This document shows, piece after piece, positions 51,991-63,324 of a stretch of 64,000 nt of DNA. Source of the stretch: an uncultured Chloroflexia bacterium (lineage in GTDB: Bacteria > Chloroflexota > Limnocylindria > Limnocylindrales > CSP1-4); contig CAVYBU010000006.1 in assembly GCA_963766735.1 (NCBI GenBank), forward strand, positions 1 through 64,000. Direction: 5' to 3'. Under the pieces are notes generated by a model that worked only from the letters and a program-made list of their open reading frames with translations, ran no database searches and was not told the origin of the DNA. The first letter of the stretch is position 1. Every line of letters starts with the position of its first letter. The translations under genes were made by a program, and so were the position numbers.

Positions 51991-53076
51991 GTGACCGAAC
52001 GCATCTACAACTTCTCGTCGGGGCCGGCCGTCCTCCCGCTGCCCGTCCTCGAGCAGGCGCAGCGTGACCTCGTCGCCCTCCCTGGCGTCGGCATGTCCGT
52101 CATGGAGATCAGCCACCGCTCAAAGACGTTCGAGGGGATCCTCGTCAAGGCCGAGGCGGACATGCGCCGGCTGGCCGGGATCCCGGAGGACTACCGGATC
52201 CTGTTCCTCCAGGGTGGTGCAACTCTCCAGTTCTCGATGGTCCCACTCAACCTGCTGACCGAGGGCCGGACCGCCGACTACGTCATGACCGGCACCTGGG
52301 CCGCCAAGGCCGCCAAGGAGGCGCAGCGCGTCGGGAGCGTCCACGAGACCGGGTCGACCGCCTCCACCGGCTTCAACCGGATCCCGACCGATGCGGAGCT
52401 CGAGTTCACGCCCGGCGCGGCGTACGTCCACGTGACCTCGAACAACACGATCGAGGGCACCCAGTGGCACCGGCTGCCGCCGGTCGGCGATGTCCCGCTG
52501 GTCAGCGACGCCTCGTCGGACATCTTCAGCCGCCCGATCGACGTGTCGCGGTATGGCGTGGTCTACGCGGGCGCGCAGAAGAACCTCGGCCCGTCGGGGC
52601 TCACGGTGGTGGTCATCCGGGAGGACCTGCTGGAGCGCTCGACCAAGGCGCTCCACACGATGCTCAACTACGCGGTCCACGCCGAGAACGGCTCCCTCTA
52701 CAACACCCCGCCGGCCTTCGGGATCTACGTCCTCGGCCTGGTCCTCGAGTGGATCCTCGGGCAGGGCGGCCTGCCCGCGATCGCCGCCGTCAACGAGCGG
52801 AAGGCCGGCAAGCTCTACGCCGAGCTCGATCGGACGGGCTTCTGGCGCCCGACGGCGGAGACGGCGAGCCGGAGCCTGATGAACGTGACCTTCCGCCTCG
52901 CGACCGAGGACCTCGAGAAGGCGTTCGTCAAGGAGTCGACGGCGGCGGGCTTCGACGGCCTCAAGGGCCATCGCTCCGTCGGCGGGATGCGGGCATCGAT
53001 CTACAACGCGTTCCCCGAGCAGGGCGTCGACGACCTCGTCGCGTTCATGCGCGAGTTCGAGCGACGAAACGGCTAG
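51991..53076 (+). CDS. serC: Phosphoserine aminotransferase
   Basis: NFSSGPA, EISHRS, GAQKNLG, NTPP, GHRSVGGMRASIYNA. Confidence 0.97.
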   Translation: MTERIYNFSSGPAVLPLPVLEQAQRDLVALPGVGMSVMEISHRSKTFEGILVKAEADMRRLAGIPEDYRILFLQGGATLQFSMVPLNLLTEGRTADYVMTGTWAAKAAKEAQRVGSVHETGSTASTGFNRIPTDAELEFTPGAAYVHVTSNNTIEGTQWHRLPPVGDVPLVSDASSDIFSRPIDVSRYGVVYAGAQKNLGPSGLTVVVIREDLLERSTKALHTMLNYAVHAENGSLYNTPPAFGIYVLGLVLEWILGQGGLPAIAAVNERKAGKLYAELDRTGFWRPTAETASRSLMNVTFRLATEDLEKAFVKESTAAGFDGLKGHRSVGGMRASIYNAFPEQGVDDLVAFMREFERRNG

Positions 53077-53253
53077 CGCCCCGGTTCGGCGGGATGCGGT
53101 GAGGCCCGCGAGGGCGAGGGAACAGCCGGTGGCGGCTGCTTCGATGCAGACCCGGTCCGGGCTGCTCCATCGCACGGGTATGATCGCGTCGCGACCGCGC
53201 ACCTCGGTCGCGTCTCGCGGCCCGGCAGTCGCGGCCCGGCACAGGAGCAACGC

Positions 53254-54888
53254 ATGAGCGCCGACGCAGCCACCGCCTCCCGATCGGCCGCGCCGGACCC
53301 CGCCGCGGCCCCCGTCGTCATCATCGGGGCCGGCCTTGCCGGCGTGACGGTCGCCCTGCGCCTTGCGGATCGATACCCGGTCGTCCTGCTTGCCAAGCGC
53401 AGCTTCGAGGAGGCCGGCACGGCCTGGGCCCAGGGCGGCATCGTGGGCGTCCTGGGCGACGATGACAGCGTCGCGCTGCACGTGCAGGACACGCAGGCGG
53501 CCGGCGCCGGCCTCGTCGACGAGCATGCCGCGGAGTTCATCGCCGAGCACAGCCGCGAGGCCATCCAGTGGCTCGTCGACCAGGGCGTGCCGTTCACGAA
53601 GGACCCGGCGGGCCCCCTGGGACTCCACCTGACGCGCGAGGGCGGCCATGCCGTCCGGCGCATCGCCCACGCCGCCGACGCGACGGGCCGCGCGATCCTC
53701 GACGTGCTCGTTGCCCGCGCCCGGCTCCACCCGAACATCACGATGCGGGAGCGCTGGATGGCGGTGGATCTCGTGACATCCCGGCACGTCGGGCGCGACG
53801 AGTCCCCGCGGTGCTACGGCGTCTACGTGCTGGACATGGATACCGGGCGGGTGGAGACGCTGCCGGCCGCGGCCGTCGTGCTCGCCACCGGCGGCGTCGG
53901 CAAGGTGTACCGCTACACGACGAACCCGGAGACCTCCACCGGTGACGGGATCGCGATGGCGTGGCGGGCCGGCTGCCGGGTGGGGAACATGGAGTTCATC
54001 CAGTTCCATCCGACCTGTCTCTACCACCCCGAGGAGCGCAGCTTCCTGATCAGCGAGGCGCTCCGCGGCGAGGGCGCCCACCTGACGCTGCCCGACGGCA
54101 CGCGGTTCATGGCGGCCCACGACCCGCGCCTCGAGCTGGCGCCGCGCGACATCGTCGCCCGGGCGATCGACTTCGAGATGAAGAAGCACGGCCTGGACCA
54201 CGTCTGGCTGGACGCGACGCACCTGGGCGAGGCCTTCCTGGTCGAGCACTTCCCCACGATCCATGCGCGGTGTCTCGAGCTCGGCATCGACATCGCACGG
54301 CAGCCGATCCCCGTTGTGCCCGCCGCGCACTACACCTGCGGCGGCGTGGTCACCGACCTCGACGGACGCACGGACCTGCCGGGGCTTTACGCCGTCGGCG
54401 AGACCGCCCACACGGGGCTGCACGGCGCCAACCGGCTAGCCAGCAACTCGCTGCTCGAGTGCGTCGTCATCGGCCAGTCCTGTGCCGCCCGTATCGAGAG
54501 CGAGCCGCCGGGCGACGCGGCGGTGCTCCCCCACTGGGACGAGAGCCGCGTGGAGAACGCCGACGAGCAGGTCGTCATCTCGCACAACTGGGACGAGCTG
54601 CGGCTGGTGATGTGGAACTACGTCGGCATCGTGCGGACCACCAAGCGGCTCGACAGGGCGCTTCGCAGGATCCACCTCCTGAGCGCGGAGATCGACGAGT
54701 ACTACGCCTCCTTCCGCGTCACCCGTGACCTGCTGGAGCTGCGCAACCTCGTGGTCTGCGCGGAGCTCGTCGTCCGGTCCGCGCTGGAGCGCCACGAGAG
54801 CCGCGGCCTGCACTACAGCCGCGACTACCCGTACACGCTCCCGGCCAGCTTCCCGACGATCCTGATCAAGGGACCGCGCGAGGCCTGA
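53254..54888 (+). CDS. nadB: L-aspartate oxidase
   Basis: [41 protein letters not shown]. Confidence 0.97.
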   Translation: MSADAATASRSAAPDPAAAPVVIIGAGLAGVTVALRLADRYPVVLLAKRSFEEAGTAWAQGGIVGVLGDDDSVALHVQDTQAAGAGLVDEHAAEFIAEHSREAIQWLVDQGVPFTKDPAGPLGLHLTREGGHAVRRIAHAADATGRAILDVLVARARLHPNITMRERWMAVDLVTSRHVGRDESPRCYGVYVLDMDTGRVETLPAAAVVLATGGVGKVYRYTTNPETSTGDGIAMAWRAGCRVGNMEFIQFHPTCLYHPEERSFLISEALRGEGAHLTLPDGTRFMAAHDPRLELAPRDIVARAIDFEMKKHGLDHVWLDATHLGEAFLVEHFPTIHARCLELGIDIARQPIPVVPAAHYTCGGVVTDLDGRTDLPGLYAVGETAHTGLHGANRLASNSLLECVVIGQSCAARIESEPPGDAAVLPHWDESRVENADEQVVISHNWDELRLVMWNYVGIVRTTKRLDRALRRIHLLSAEIDEYYASFRVTRDLLELRNLVVCAELVVRSALERHESRGLHYSRDYPYTLPASFPTILIKGPREA

Positions 54889-54979
54889 GGCGAGGACCGC
54901 GCGACGTCTGGGGCCGGGCCCCGGCGAGGTTTGATCCTGGGGCCCGGCGACGGCCGGGCGACGTCTGAGGCGGAGGCCG

Positions 54980-55849
54980 CTACACGCGGCGCATCGAGTA
55001 GTCGATCGCCCGCACGTCCTTGGTCAGGGCGCCAACCGAGATGCGGTCGACGCCCGTCGCCGCGATCTCGCGGAGCCGGTCCAGGGTCACGCCGCCCGAG
55101 ACCTCCAGGAGCGCCCGTCCAGCGGTCAGGACCACTGCCTCGCGCACGCGATCGAGCGGGAAGTTGTCCAGCAGGATGCTGGTGGCGCCCGCCTCAAGCG
55201 CCTCGCTCAGCTGGTCCAGGCGCTCCACCTCGACCTGGATCTCAACCCCGGCCCGCAGCGCGAACGCCCGCTCCAAGGCCGCCGTGACGCCCCCCGCCGA
55301 TGCGATGTGGTTCTCCTTGATCAGGATCCCGTCCCACAGGGCGATGCGCTGGTTCGTCCCGCCGCCGGCTCGGACCGCGTACTTCTGGGCCAGGCGCAGG
55401 CCCGGCATCGTCTTGCGCGTGTCGAGGATCGCGCAGCCGCGCGGGTTGGGCGAGGCACCCTCTATCGCGCGCACGTGGCGTCGGGTAATGGTCGCCGTGC
55501 CCGACAACAGCTGCAGGAAGTTGAGCGCCGGGCGCTCGGCCGTGAGCAGCGCGCGGGCGTCAGCGTGCACCTCGCAGACCACCGTGTCGGCCGCCATGTC
55601 GTCGCCATCCGCGTAGCGCCAGTCGATCCGCGCGCCGGGGTCGATGGCCCCGAAACACTCCTCGAACCAGTCCCGCCCGCACAGGACGGCCTGCTCGCGG
55701 ACGCGGACCCTCGCCGTGGCCGGGCCCGGCGGGACCAGGCGCGCGGTCCAGTCGCCGGTCCCGACGTCCTCGCGCAGCGCGTCGCGCACGTTGCGAGCCC
55801 GCGCCTCCTCGAGCGTCTCGTTCTCGAGCTCCGGGATGAACGCCTCCAT
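54980..55849 (-). CDS. nadC: Quinolinate phosphoribosyltransferase
   Basis: DTRKT, LIKENH, EVE, LLDN, EVSGG. Confidence 0.97.
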   Translation of the reverse strand: MEAFIPELENETLEEARARNVRDALREDVGTGDWTARLVPPGPATARVRVREQAVLCGRDWFEECFGAIDPGARIDWRYADGDDMAADTVVCEVHADARALLTAERPALNFLQLLSGTATITRRHVRAIEGASPNPRGCAILDTRKTMPGLRLAQKYAVRAGGGTNQRIALWDGILIKENHIASAGGVTAALERAFALRAGVEIQVEVERLDQLSEALEAGATSILLDNFPLDRVREAVVLTAGRALLEVSGGVTLDRLREIAATGVDRISVGALTKDVRAIDYSMRRV

Positions 55850-55859
55850 GCCGGCGGGC

Positions 55860-56972
55860 TCAGGCCGAGCCGATGTGGGGCACGAACCCGTGCCGGGGCG
55901 CGATCAGGCTGTCCGGGTTGGCCGCGACGAATGCCAGCATCCGCTCGATGCATCCCTGGGCGAGGGCGCGGGTCGGCTCGGGGACGAGGATCTCGCCCGT
56001 CCCGCGCTCGAGGCAGTTGATGACGCCCTCCACGGCGTTCATGGCCATCCACGGACAGTGCGCGCAGCTCTTGCAGGTGGCGCTGGTGCCCGCAGTGGGG
56101 GCCTCGATCAGCGTCTTGTCGGGCGCCAGCTGGCCCATCCGGTGGAAGATCCCGTTGTCGGTCGCGACGATGTACTCGCGGGCATCTCCTTCGACCACCG
56201 CCTTCAGCAGCTGGGTCGTCGAGCCGACGACGTCTGCCTGGGCCACGACGTCCTCGGGCGATTCGGGGTGGACCAGGACCTGAGCGTCGGGGTGCTCCTC
56301 GCGCAGGAGGGACAGCTCGATGCCCTTGAACTCGTCGTGCACGATGCAGCTGCCGTTCCAGCTCAGCATGTCCGCGCCGGTCTCGCGCGCGATGTAGGCG
56401 CCGAGGTGTCGATCGGGCGCCCACAGGATCTTCTGGCCCGCTTCCGCCAGGTGACGCACGACCGCCAGCGCGCAGGAGCTGGTCACCATCCAGTCGGCGC
56501 GCGCCTTCACGGCCGCGCTCGTGTTCGCGTAGACCACGACGGTCCGGTCCGGGTTCGCGTCACAGAACGCCGCGAATTCCTCCGGCGGACAGCCGAGATC
56601 CAGGGAGCAGGTCGCGTCGATGTCGGGCACGAGAACGCGCTTCTCGGGGCTCAGGATCTTGGCGGTCTCGCCCATGAAGCGGACGCCCGCGACGACCAGC
56701 GTGCTGGCCGGATGATCGCGCCCGAAACGGGCCATCTCGAGCGAATCCGAGACGCAGCCGCCGGTCTCGAGGGCGAGGTCCTGGACGTCGCCGTCGACGT
56801 AGACGTGGGCCACCAGGACGGCATCGTGGGCCTTGATCAGGGCGGCGGCCCGCTCCTTCAGCTCCGCACGCTGGGCGGGCGTCGGCACGACGGGGACCTT
56901 CGCCCACGCGAGGTCGATCCGATCCGAGCCGTCGGGGTTGGGCCGCAGGTACTCGATCTGCTTTGTCTGCAT
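55860..56972 (-). CDS. nadA: Quinolinate synthase
   Basis: [32 protein letters not shown]. Confidence 0.96.
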   Translation of the reverse strand: MQTKQIEYLRPNPDGSDRIDLAWAKVPVVPTPAQRAELKERAAALIKAHDAVLVAHVYVDGDVQDLALETGGCVSDSLEMARFGRDHPASTLVVAGVRFMGETAKILSPEKRVLVPDIDATCSLDLGCPPEEFAAFCDANPDRTVVVYANTSAAVKARADWMVTSSCALAVVRHLAEAGQKILWAPDRHLGAYIARETGADMLSWNGSCIVHDEFKGIELSLLREEHPDAQVLVHPESPEDVVAQADVVGSTTQLLKAVVEGDAREYIVATDNGIFHRMGQLAPDKTLIEAPTAGTSATCKSCAHCPWMAMNAVEGVINCLERGTGEILVPEPTRALAQGCIERMLAFVAANPDSLIAPRHGFVPHIGSA

Positions 56973-57069
56973 GGTTCCGGTTCGCTCGGTGCGGGATGGG
57001 CGGCGCCTGCGCGCGGCGGGACGATCGTACCCCGCGACTGCCCGGGTGTCCGCCGGCCGTCCTGGCCGC

Positions 57070-57867
57070 TCAGTCTCCCAGGAGGAGCGTGTCCAGACCC
57101 CGAACGAGACCCACGACATCAGGCACTGCCCGAACGGCGAGCAGCGTGCCGGAGACGTAGGGGGTTGCGCTGCTCCCCGCGTCGTGGCGAATGGAGAGGC
57201 GCTCGTCGAACTGAGCGAAGATGACCTCGGTGGACAGCACGAAGCCTGGCAGCCGCAGCGAGTGGACCTGCGTGCCACCGATGCCGGCGCCACGCGCCTC
57301 GGGGTAGCCCAGGGTCTCGGCGACCGGAACCGCCAGGGGGTGCATGGACACCTGCCCGAGGCGTTCGGCCAGCTCGCGCGCGGTGCCACTCGGGGAGTCC
57401 GGCTTGCCCGCAGAGGCGTAGTCGATGATCTCGCGCTGCGGCAGGAACCGGGCCGCCAGGAGCGCCGCTGCCTGGGCCATCGCGGCCGTCAGGGAGAAGT
57501 TCCCCGCGGCCACCACGCCAACGCCCGCGGCCCGGGCGGCTGCGTCGATGTCAGCGAAGTCCGACGCCGACAGGCCGCTCGTGCCGATGACGACGTGGAC
57601 TCCCGCCCCGATGGCCGCCATCGCATGGTCCTTGGTCGCCCCCGGGGCGGTGTAGTCGACGAGCACGTCGATGCCGGCCAGCGCCTGGGTGACGTCGCCA
57701 ACTACCGTCACTCCGACCGGCGCCTGGCCCCACGCCTCGCCCAGGTCGCGACCCGCCGCGGATCGGGAGACCGCGCCCCGCAGGACAAGGTCCTCGGAGG
57801 TCAGGACGGCCTCGGCGACGGCCCGGCCGGCCCACCCCGTGGCTCCGGCAACACAGACGGTGGTCAT
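57070..57867 (-). CDS. dapB: 4-hydroxy-tetrahydrodipicolinate reductase
   Basis: [29 protein letters not shown]. Confidence 0.88.
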   Translation of the reverse strand: MTTVCVAGATGWAGRAVAEAVLTSEDLVLRGAVSRSAAGRDLGEAWGQAPVGVTVVGDVTQALAGIDVLVDYTAPGATKDHAMAAIGAGVHVVIGTSGLSASDFADIDAAARAAGVGVVAAGNFSLTAAMAQAAALLAARFLPQREIIDYASAGKPDSPSGTARELAERLGQVSMHPLAVPVAETLGYPEARGAGIGGTQVHSLRLPGFVLSTEVIFAQFDERLSIRHDAGSSATPYVSGTLLAVRAVPDVVGLVRGLDTLLLGD

Positions 57868-57998
57868 GAACGTTCCTCCGGGACGGGCGCCTTGATCGAC
57901 GGCGAGTGGAGGCTAGCACTCCGTCAGGCGGCGGAGTCGCTGGGGGACAGGGCGAACTGCCGCACCCCAGGCATCGGCTCGGGTCGCGTGCGTGACGA

Positions 57999-58403
57999 TC
58001 AGGGCTCCCAGATGGTCAGTCCCACATGCGGCGCCATGAGCGCGAAGTCACGGTCGGTCGAGAGCATGACGAGGTCGTGGCGAACGCACAGCTGAGCAAG
58101 CAGCGCGTCGATCGTGCCGACCTGGATCCCACTCCGGCGGCAGGCGTTCCTTGACTCGGCTGCCTCGACGTGGTCGGTCCTGTCGGGGATGAGCAGCGGC
58201 AGCGACGAGAAGCGATCGACGATAGCGTCGCGGGCCGTGGGCCCTCGAAAGCCCTGGAGCAGCTCCTGGAGCACGAGCCCGGTCGTGAAGACGCCCTCAC
58301 CACCATCGAGAGCATCACGCAGGCGCCGGACGCTCGGCTCGCCACCGGTCTCGTTACGTCGCAGCGCCAGCGACCAGACGCTCGTGTCAACGAAGAGATT
58401 CAC
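57999..58403 (-). CDS. VapC PIN toxin
   Basis: VDTSVW, QELLQG, IDALLA, STDRDF. Confidence 0.9.
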   Translation of the reverse strand: MNLFVDTSVWSLALRRNETGGEPSVRRLRDALDGGEGVFTTGLVLQELLQGFRGPTARDAIVDRFSSLPLLIPDRTDHVEAAESRNACRRSGIQVGTIDALLAQLCVRHDLVMLSTDRDFALMAPHVGLTIWEP

Positions 58404-58600
58404 GAACGCGAGCGCTCTTCCTTGTAGTCGTATTCCGGATCCCAATCCAGGGCACCGAAGAGCTCAACAAGCCGCTTCTGCTCATGGCGAGCGACGAACT
58501 CGCGCAAGGCTCGCGTGACCGCGGCTGTCTTGGTGCGCTCACCACTCACCTTGACGGCCCGATCCAGAAGGCGTGGGTCGATATCGAGGTTGGTCGGCAT
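58400..58600 (-). CDS. VapB antitoxin
   Basis: TNLDID..LL..A......TKTAAVTRAL; upstream inverted repeat TGTGCGGA...TCCGCACA at 58600-58629. Confidence 0.88.
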   Translation of the reverse strand: MPTNLDIDPRLLDRAVKVSGERTKTAAVTRALREFVARHEQKRLVELFGALDWDPEYDYKEERSRS

Positions 58601-58703
58601 GTGCGGATCGTCGCACATACGTCCGCACAAGGTCAACCGGTTCGAGAGCCGCGCAGCTCTTCGCGGGGCTCGCCGGCATTGGGTCGGTCCCGGCGCGCCG
58701 TCG

Positions 58704-59090
58704 TCAGACGCGGATCACCCGGAGCCCCGGGACGTCGACGTGGTCGTCGTCCTGCGTCACGAGCGGGATGTCGAGCGCGATCGCCGTCGCCGCGATCCAG
58801 GAGTCGTTGACCGCCATCCTCCGGCCACTGTCACGAAGCGCGACCCGAAGACGGGCCCAGGCTGCCGCGACATCGTCATCCACGGGCACCGGGCTCAGAG
58901 CGAGGACCGCGGTGAGGGTGGCGAGGCGACGGTCGCGCGTCTCGAGGTCCTGGGCCGCGAGGACCCCGGCCCGGAGCTCGCCCAACGTGATGACCGAGAC
59001 GGCGAGCCGGTCCGGCAGCATGTCGGTCCGCACCGGCCGACCGCTCTCATGGGCGATGAAGATGCTCGTGTCGGCGAGCCCGTCGCTCAC
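58704..59090 (-). CDS. VapC PIN toxin
   Basis: DTSIFI, TLGEL, NDSWIAATA, VTQDDD. Confidence 0.9.
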   Translation of the reverse strand: MSDGLADTSIFIAHESGRPVRTDMLPDRLAVSVITLGELRAGVLAAQDLETRDRRLATLTAVLALSPVPVDDDVAAAWARLRVALRDSGRRMAVNDSWIAATAIALDIPLVTQDDDHVDVPGLRVIRV

Positions 59091-59410
59091 GGGACCGGCT
59101 CGTCGTCGGTGGTGCCCGGCGCAAGGTCGCGAAGCTCGAGGCGAAGCCCCGCGTCCGCCTGGCGGCGGAGGATGGACCCGATGAACGCATCACGATCGAT
59201 CCATCTCGGCCGTTCCAGGGATGGTCCCTGCGGCTGGTGCCCGGGCAGGTCGGGGGCGAGAGCCTGGGGCGCCTCGGCCACCTGGTGGCGGGCGATCACC
59301 GCGTCGATCCCAGCTCTGACCAGGTGGGCCCCACTGCGACCTTCTGCCGCCGCGGTGCGCTCCAGAGCGGCCTTCTGCTCGGTGGTGAGGTAGACGGTCG
59401 TCTTCTCCAT
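59087..59410 (-). CDS. RHH/CopG antitoxin
   Basis: MEKTTVYLT..QK.AL...A..EGRS; overlaps vapC. Confidence 0.82.
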   Translation of the reverse strand: MEKTTVYLTTEQKAALERTAAAEGRSGAHLVRAGIDAVIARHQVAEAPQALAPDLPGHQPQGPSLERPRWIDRDAFIGSILRRQADAGLRLELRDLAPGTTDDEPVP

Positions 59411-59605
59411 GCCACCCATTCTGCCATATGTAGCTGGCAACCTGCGGGCGGGTGCGCCCCGCGGCCGGCCGGCCTGCCACGGACCGTGGTCGACGCCGTG
59501 CCCGCCCACTCGACCAACGCTGGCAGGGGATCCGGCCCGCGAGGAAGATCCTCCGCCGTGCGACGATTGGGCGTGTCCACCGATCGCCCGTCAGCGCGAC
59601 GCCGG

Positions 59606-60919
59606 ATGTCGCCGCTCGCGTCACTGCGCGCCTTGCCCAGCGAGTTTCCGCGCGTCGTGCTGGTCCTGGCCGCCGGCGATCTCGTCGCGAGCTTCGGCTT
59701 CAGCCTGTTCTTCCCGTTTCTGACGATCTACCTCGTCCAGACACTCGGCGCGTCGGCCGCCCAGGCCGGCCTGGTCGTCGCCGCGTACTCGATCTTCTCG
59801 GTCGTCTCGGGGATCGCGGGAGGCTGGCTGGCGGATCGGATCGGCCGCCGCCCGGTGCTCATCGGCTCGATCTCGTGTACGGCAATCCTCGTGCTCTCCA
59901 TGGCCATGGTGTCCGAGGTGTGGCACGTCGCGCTGGTCATGCTCCTCCTCGGCCTCATCGACCCCGCGTTCGTCCCGGCCGCCCGGGCAGCGGTCGCCGA
60001 CACGGTCGAGGAGCCACGGCGGCCCAGGGCATTCGGCCTGCTCAGCGTTGCCAACGCGATCGGCTGGATCGCCGGACCGATCATCGGCGCCGGCCTGTCC
60101 TCGTTCGGCTACCCCCTGCTGTTCGGCATCAGCGGCGTCCTGGTCGGGACCTACTCCGTCATCGCGTACCGATGGCTCCCCGAGACCCGCCCGGCGCGGG
60201 CTGCCCCGCCCGTGCACGAGGATGCGGATGGGTCTCTGGCTCCGGACGTGCGCACCATGCCCGGCCCGCCCGACCCGAACAGGGGGCTCCGACTCAGGAT
60301 CTTCGTGGCGCTGCTCCCGCTGCTCGCGATCACGCACGGGCTCACGTTCCTGTGGGTGACCACGCTGCCGATCTACGCTGCCGTCAGCCTGGGGCTCCCC
60401 ACTCCGGTCTGGGGGCTCCTGTTCGGGCTCAACGGGCTCCTCATCGTCCTGTTCCAGCTCCGGATCGCGACCGCGACCGAGCGGCGATCGAAGCCCCGGG
60501 TCATGGCCGTTGCGGTCTGCCTCTACGCCGGCGGGCTGGCGCCCGTCGCGCTGCTGTCGCCCTCAACCGCGGTCGTCGGCCTCGCGGTCGCGATCGCCCT
60601 CGTCACCCTGGGCGAGATGCTGCTCATGCCCGTCGTGGCCGCCTTCGTGTCCGACCTCTCGCCCGTGAGCCGGCGCGGAACGTACCAGGGGGTCGCCCTC
60701 GCGGCCGGCAGCATCGGGTCCGGGATCGGGCCGCCGGTCGCCGGGTTCGCCCTGGACGCGTCCCATGGTCAGGGGCTGTGGCTGGTCGCGGCCGCCATCC
60801 TCGCGGTTGTCGGCCTGGGCTTCCTCGTGCTCGCGAGGTGGACGGACAGGCTGCCCGCGGCGGACGCCTCGACGACCAGAACGGCTGCTCCCGGCATCGG
60901 CCCGTTGCCCGCGGGGTGA
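59606..60919 (+). CDS. MFS transporter
   Basis: GWLADRIGRR motif A, about 12 TM segments. Confidence 0.92.
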   Translation: MSPLASLRALPSEFPRVVLVLAAGDLVASFGFSLFFPFLTIYLVQTLGASAAQAGLVVAAYSIFSVVSGIAGGWLADRIGRRPVLIGSISCTAILVLSMAMVSEVWHVALVMLLLGLIDPAFVPAARAAVADTVEEPRRPRAFGLLSVANAIGWIAGPIIGAGLSSFGYPLLFGISGVLVGTYSVIAYRWLPETRPARAAPPVHEDADGSLAPDVRTMPGPPDPNRGLRLRIFVALLPLLAITHGLTFLWVTTLPIYAAVSLGLPTPVWGLLFGLNGLLIVLFQLRIATATERRSKPRVMAVAVCLYAGGLAPVALLSPSTAVVGLAVAIALVTLGEMLLMPVVAAFVSDLSPVSRRGTYQGVALAAGSIGSGIGPPVAGFALDASHGQGLWLVAAAILAVVGLGFLVLARWTDRLPAADASTTRTAAPGIGPLPAG

Positions 60920-61137
60920 TGCGTCCCAGATCCAGTCGCCTCCTCGCTGAATGTCCTGCACGACATGATCACGCCGGATCGCGATAGCCAGCAGGTGGAC
61001 CTGGTCTACCCGGTTCTCATCGACCTGATGTCCCGGCCCTGACGGGCCAGCATGTTGCTGACTCTCGCATAGACACGCATCTGCAGATACGTCTAGAATG
61101 CGGGACCTGCCCCACCCAAAGCATTGGAGTTGACATC

Positions 61138-61530
61138 ATGAGCGGACGACCCCTGGGAATCACCATCATCGCCATCATCCTGGCCGTCAGCGGCGTGTTC
61201 CAGGTCCTGGTCGGGACCGAGGCCCTCGGCGTCACCGGCTTCCTCGGCCTCGGCGCGGCGGCGGACTCCGCCGGCGTGAGCGGGTGGGCGTCGGTGATCG
61301 GCGGCGTGCTCTCGATCATCGTCGCGGGCGGCATGTTCACCCTCGCGGGCTGGGCCTGGATGCTTGCCGTCGTCGTCCTGGCCATTCGGATCGCCGTCGA
61401 CGTGTTCGCTGTGGTGACCCACGGAGCCGGTTCGACGCTCGGGATCAGCGCGGTCACGAACGTCGTCATCTCCGCCGTCATCCTGTGGTACTTCACGCGC
61501 CCGGGCGTCAAGGCGGCCTTCGGCCGCTGA
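61138..61530 (+). CDS. Membrane protein
   Basis: RPLGITIIA..., four TM segments, ILWYFTRPGVKAAF. Confidence 0.75.
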   Translation: MSGRPLGITIIAIILAVSGVFQVLVGTEALGVTGFLGLGAAADSAGVSGWASVIGGVLSIIVAGGMFTLAGWAWMLAVVVLAIRIAVDVFAVVTHGAGSTLGISAVTNVVISAVILWYFTRPGVKAAFGR

Positions 61531-61583
61531 CCACGTCGGGACAACCGGGAGGTCACTCTCGGTGGTCCGGTACCCTCACCGGG

Positions 61584-62045
61584 ATGGGAAGCTCGATCAC
61601 ACCTGACTCCTCCGCGAGGCGCGCCGTAGGTGCTCCTCGCGATGTCCGGGCGGTACGCGGCCTGCGGGTCCTCGTGCTCCTGGGCGCCTTCGGGCACCAG
61701 GCGCACGAGGCGCTGGTCGAGCAGTCCCGAAACCCTGACCTCGTGACCAACGCCCAGGTGGTGGCTGTCTGCGAGCTCGCGCTGCGCGGTCCCCTCCGGC
61801 CCATGGACCTGCAGGCTGCAGCGGCCCTCACCAGCGGCGGTACCACCAAGCTGCTCGACCGTCTCGAGGAGCTGGGTCTGGTCGAGCGTGCCTACGGCCA
61901 GATCGAGGGCGACCGTCGCGGCATCGTCGTCTCGCTCACGCCCGAGGGACACGAGGCCGCGGCGAACATGTCGGCTGCGCTCGAGGCGCGGATCGACACC
62001 GTCTCAGCGCTCAGCAACCAGCTCGCCGAGCTGCTCGGGGAGTAG
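61584..62045 (+). CDS. MarR-family regulator
   Basis: TSGGTTKLLDRLEELGLVER...DRRG...LTPEG. Confidence 0.88.
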   Translation: MGSSITPDSSARRAVGAPRDVRAVRGLRVLVLLGAFGHQAHEALVEQSRNPDLVTNAQVVAVCELALRGPLRPMDLQAAAALTSGGTTKLLDRLEELGLVERAYGQIEGDRRGIVVSLTPEGHEAAANMSAALEARIDTVSALSNQLAELLGE

Positions 62046-62170
62046 CCAGGACAGCCGGCAGGGGCACCCGCGCCCGGGTACTCGAGGCGGCGATCCCGGT
62101 GAGCTCGCGGTCAGACTGACGGCCACCGCATGGCGATTGGCGCTATACAGAGGAGACCCGGGGTGACCAG

Positions 62171-63280
62171 GTGAAGCGATCCCTGCTCGGTGCGCGACGC
62201 GACCACGCCGAGCGCTACCTGTTCCTGACAATCGCGGCGTTCGCGATCACCGTTGCCCTGACCCGCTGGTATCTCGATCTCACGGGCTACCCCAAGATCG
62301 GCGGAGGAGGGCTGCACGTCGCCCACATGCTGTGGGGCGGCTTGCTCCTGATCGTGGCGGCGCTCCTGCCCCTGTTGTTCGTCGGCCGGCGCATGCTCAT
62401 CGTGTCATCGGTAGCCGCCGGCATCGGCGTGGGCCTGTTCATCGACGAGGTGGGCAAGTTCATCACCGAGACGAATGACTACTTCTTCGCGCCGGCAGCG
62501 CCGCTGATCTACGGCGCCCTGCTGCTGCTGGTTGCGCTGCTGCTCGTCGTCCGGCGCAGCTCGGCCGACTCGGCGCACGACGCGATGCAGGCCTCAGTCG
62601 ATGCCACACGTGATGGTCTGGACGGCCGTCTCAACGCACTTGATCGCGATCGCGTGGTGCGTGGGCTGGCTGGCGCCCTCACATCCGACGATCGATCCGT
62701 CGCCTCCCTCGCAGAGCGGCAGGTGGCACTGCTGACGTCGCCCGAGATGGAGGCGCTCCTGGTCGCGCCGGGCTGGCTAGCCCGGGGCGACGGCCGCGCC
62801 CTGCTCGAACGGGTCCTGCCGCTCAGGCTCGAGCGGGCCCTGGTGCTCATCGGGCTGCTCTGGATGGCCGTCGTCGCCGCGTTCTCCTCGCTGCTGCTCC
62901 TCGCCCTCGCGTGGGTCAACGGACCGCTCGAGATCCCCGTGCCCAAAGGTCCGGTCGAATTCCCGACCGAACCGATGTGGGTCGTGCTGCTGCTGATCAT
63001 CGGGGTGATCGTCGGCATCCTGTGCGGGATTGCCGCGGTGCAGATCCTGCGCCACCGCGAGCGGGCCGGCCTCCGAACGGCGACCGTCGCTGTCCTCGTC
63101 AACCTGGTCGCCGGTGGCCTGCTCACGTTCTACGTCCAGCAGTTCGGCGCCGTGGCGTCCACCATCGAGCAGTTGCTGCTGCTTGGGCTGCTGCTCGATT
63201 ACAGCCGACGGCTGGGTTCTGCCCAGGTGGGCACCGGAACGCCGGGCGACACGCCGAAGCCGAACGACACGCCGACGTGA
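62171..63280 (+). CDS. Integral membrane protein, unknown function
   Basis: LHVAHMLWGG, GLFIDEVGKF; many TM segments. Confidence 0.8.
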   Translation: MKRSLLGARRDHAERYLFLTIAAFAITVALTRWYLDLTGYPKIGGGGLHVAHMLWGGLLLIVAALLPLLFVGRRMLIVSSVAAGIGVGLFIDEVGKFITETNDYFFAPAAPLIYGALLLLVALLLVVRRSSADSAHDAMQASVDATRDGLDGRLNALDRDRVVRGLAGALTSDDRSVASLAERQVALLTSPEMEALLVAPGWLARGDGRALLERVLPLRLERALVLIGLLWMAVVAAFSSLLLLALAWVNGPLEIPVPKGPVEFPTEPMWVVLLLIIGVIVGILCGIAAVQILRHRERAGLRTATVAVLVNLVAGGLLTFYVQQFGAVASTIEQLLLLGLLLDYSRRLGSAQVGTGTPGDTPKPNDTPT

Positions 63281-63324
63281 GACGCCTGGCCGCGTCACCC
63301 CTAGGTTGATCAAACGCATCGGGG

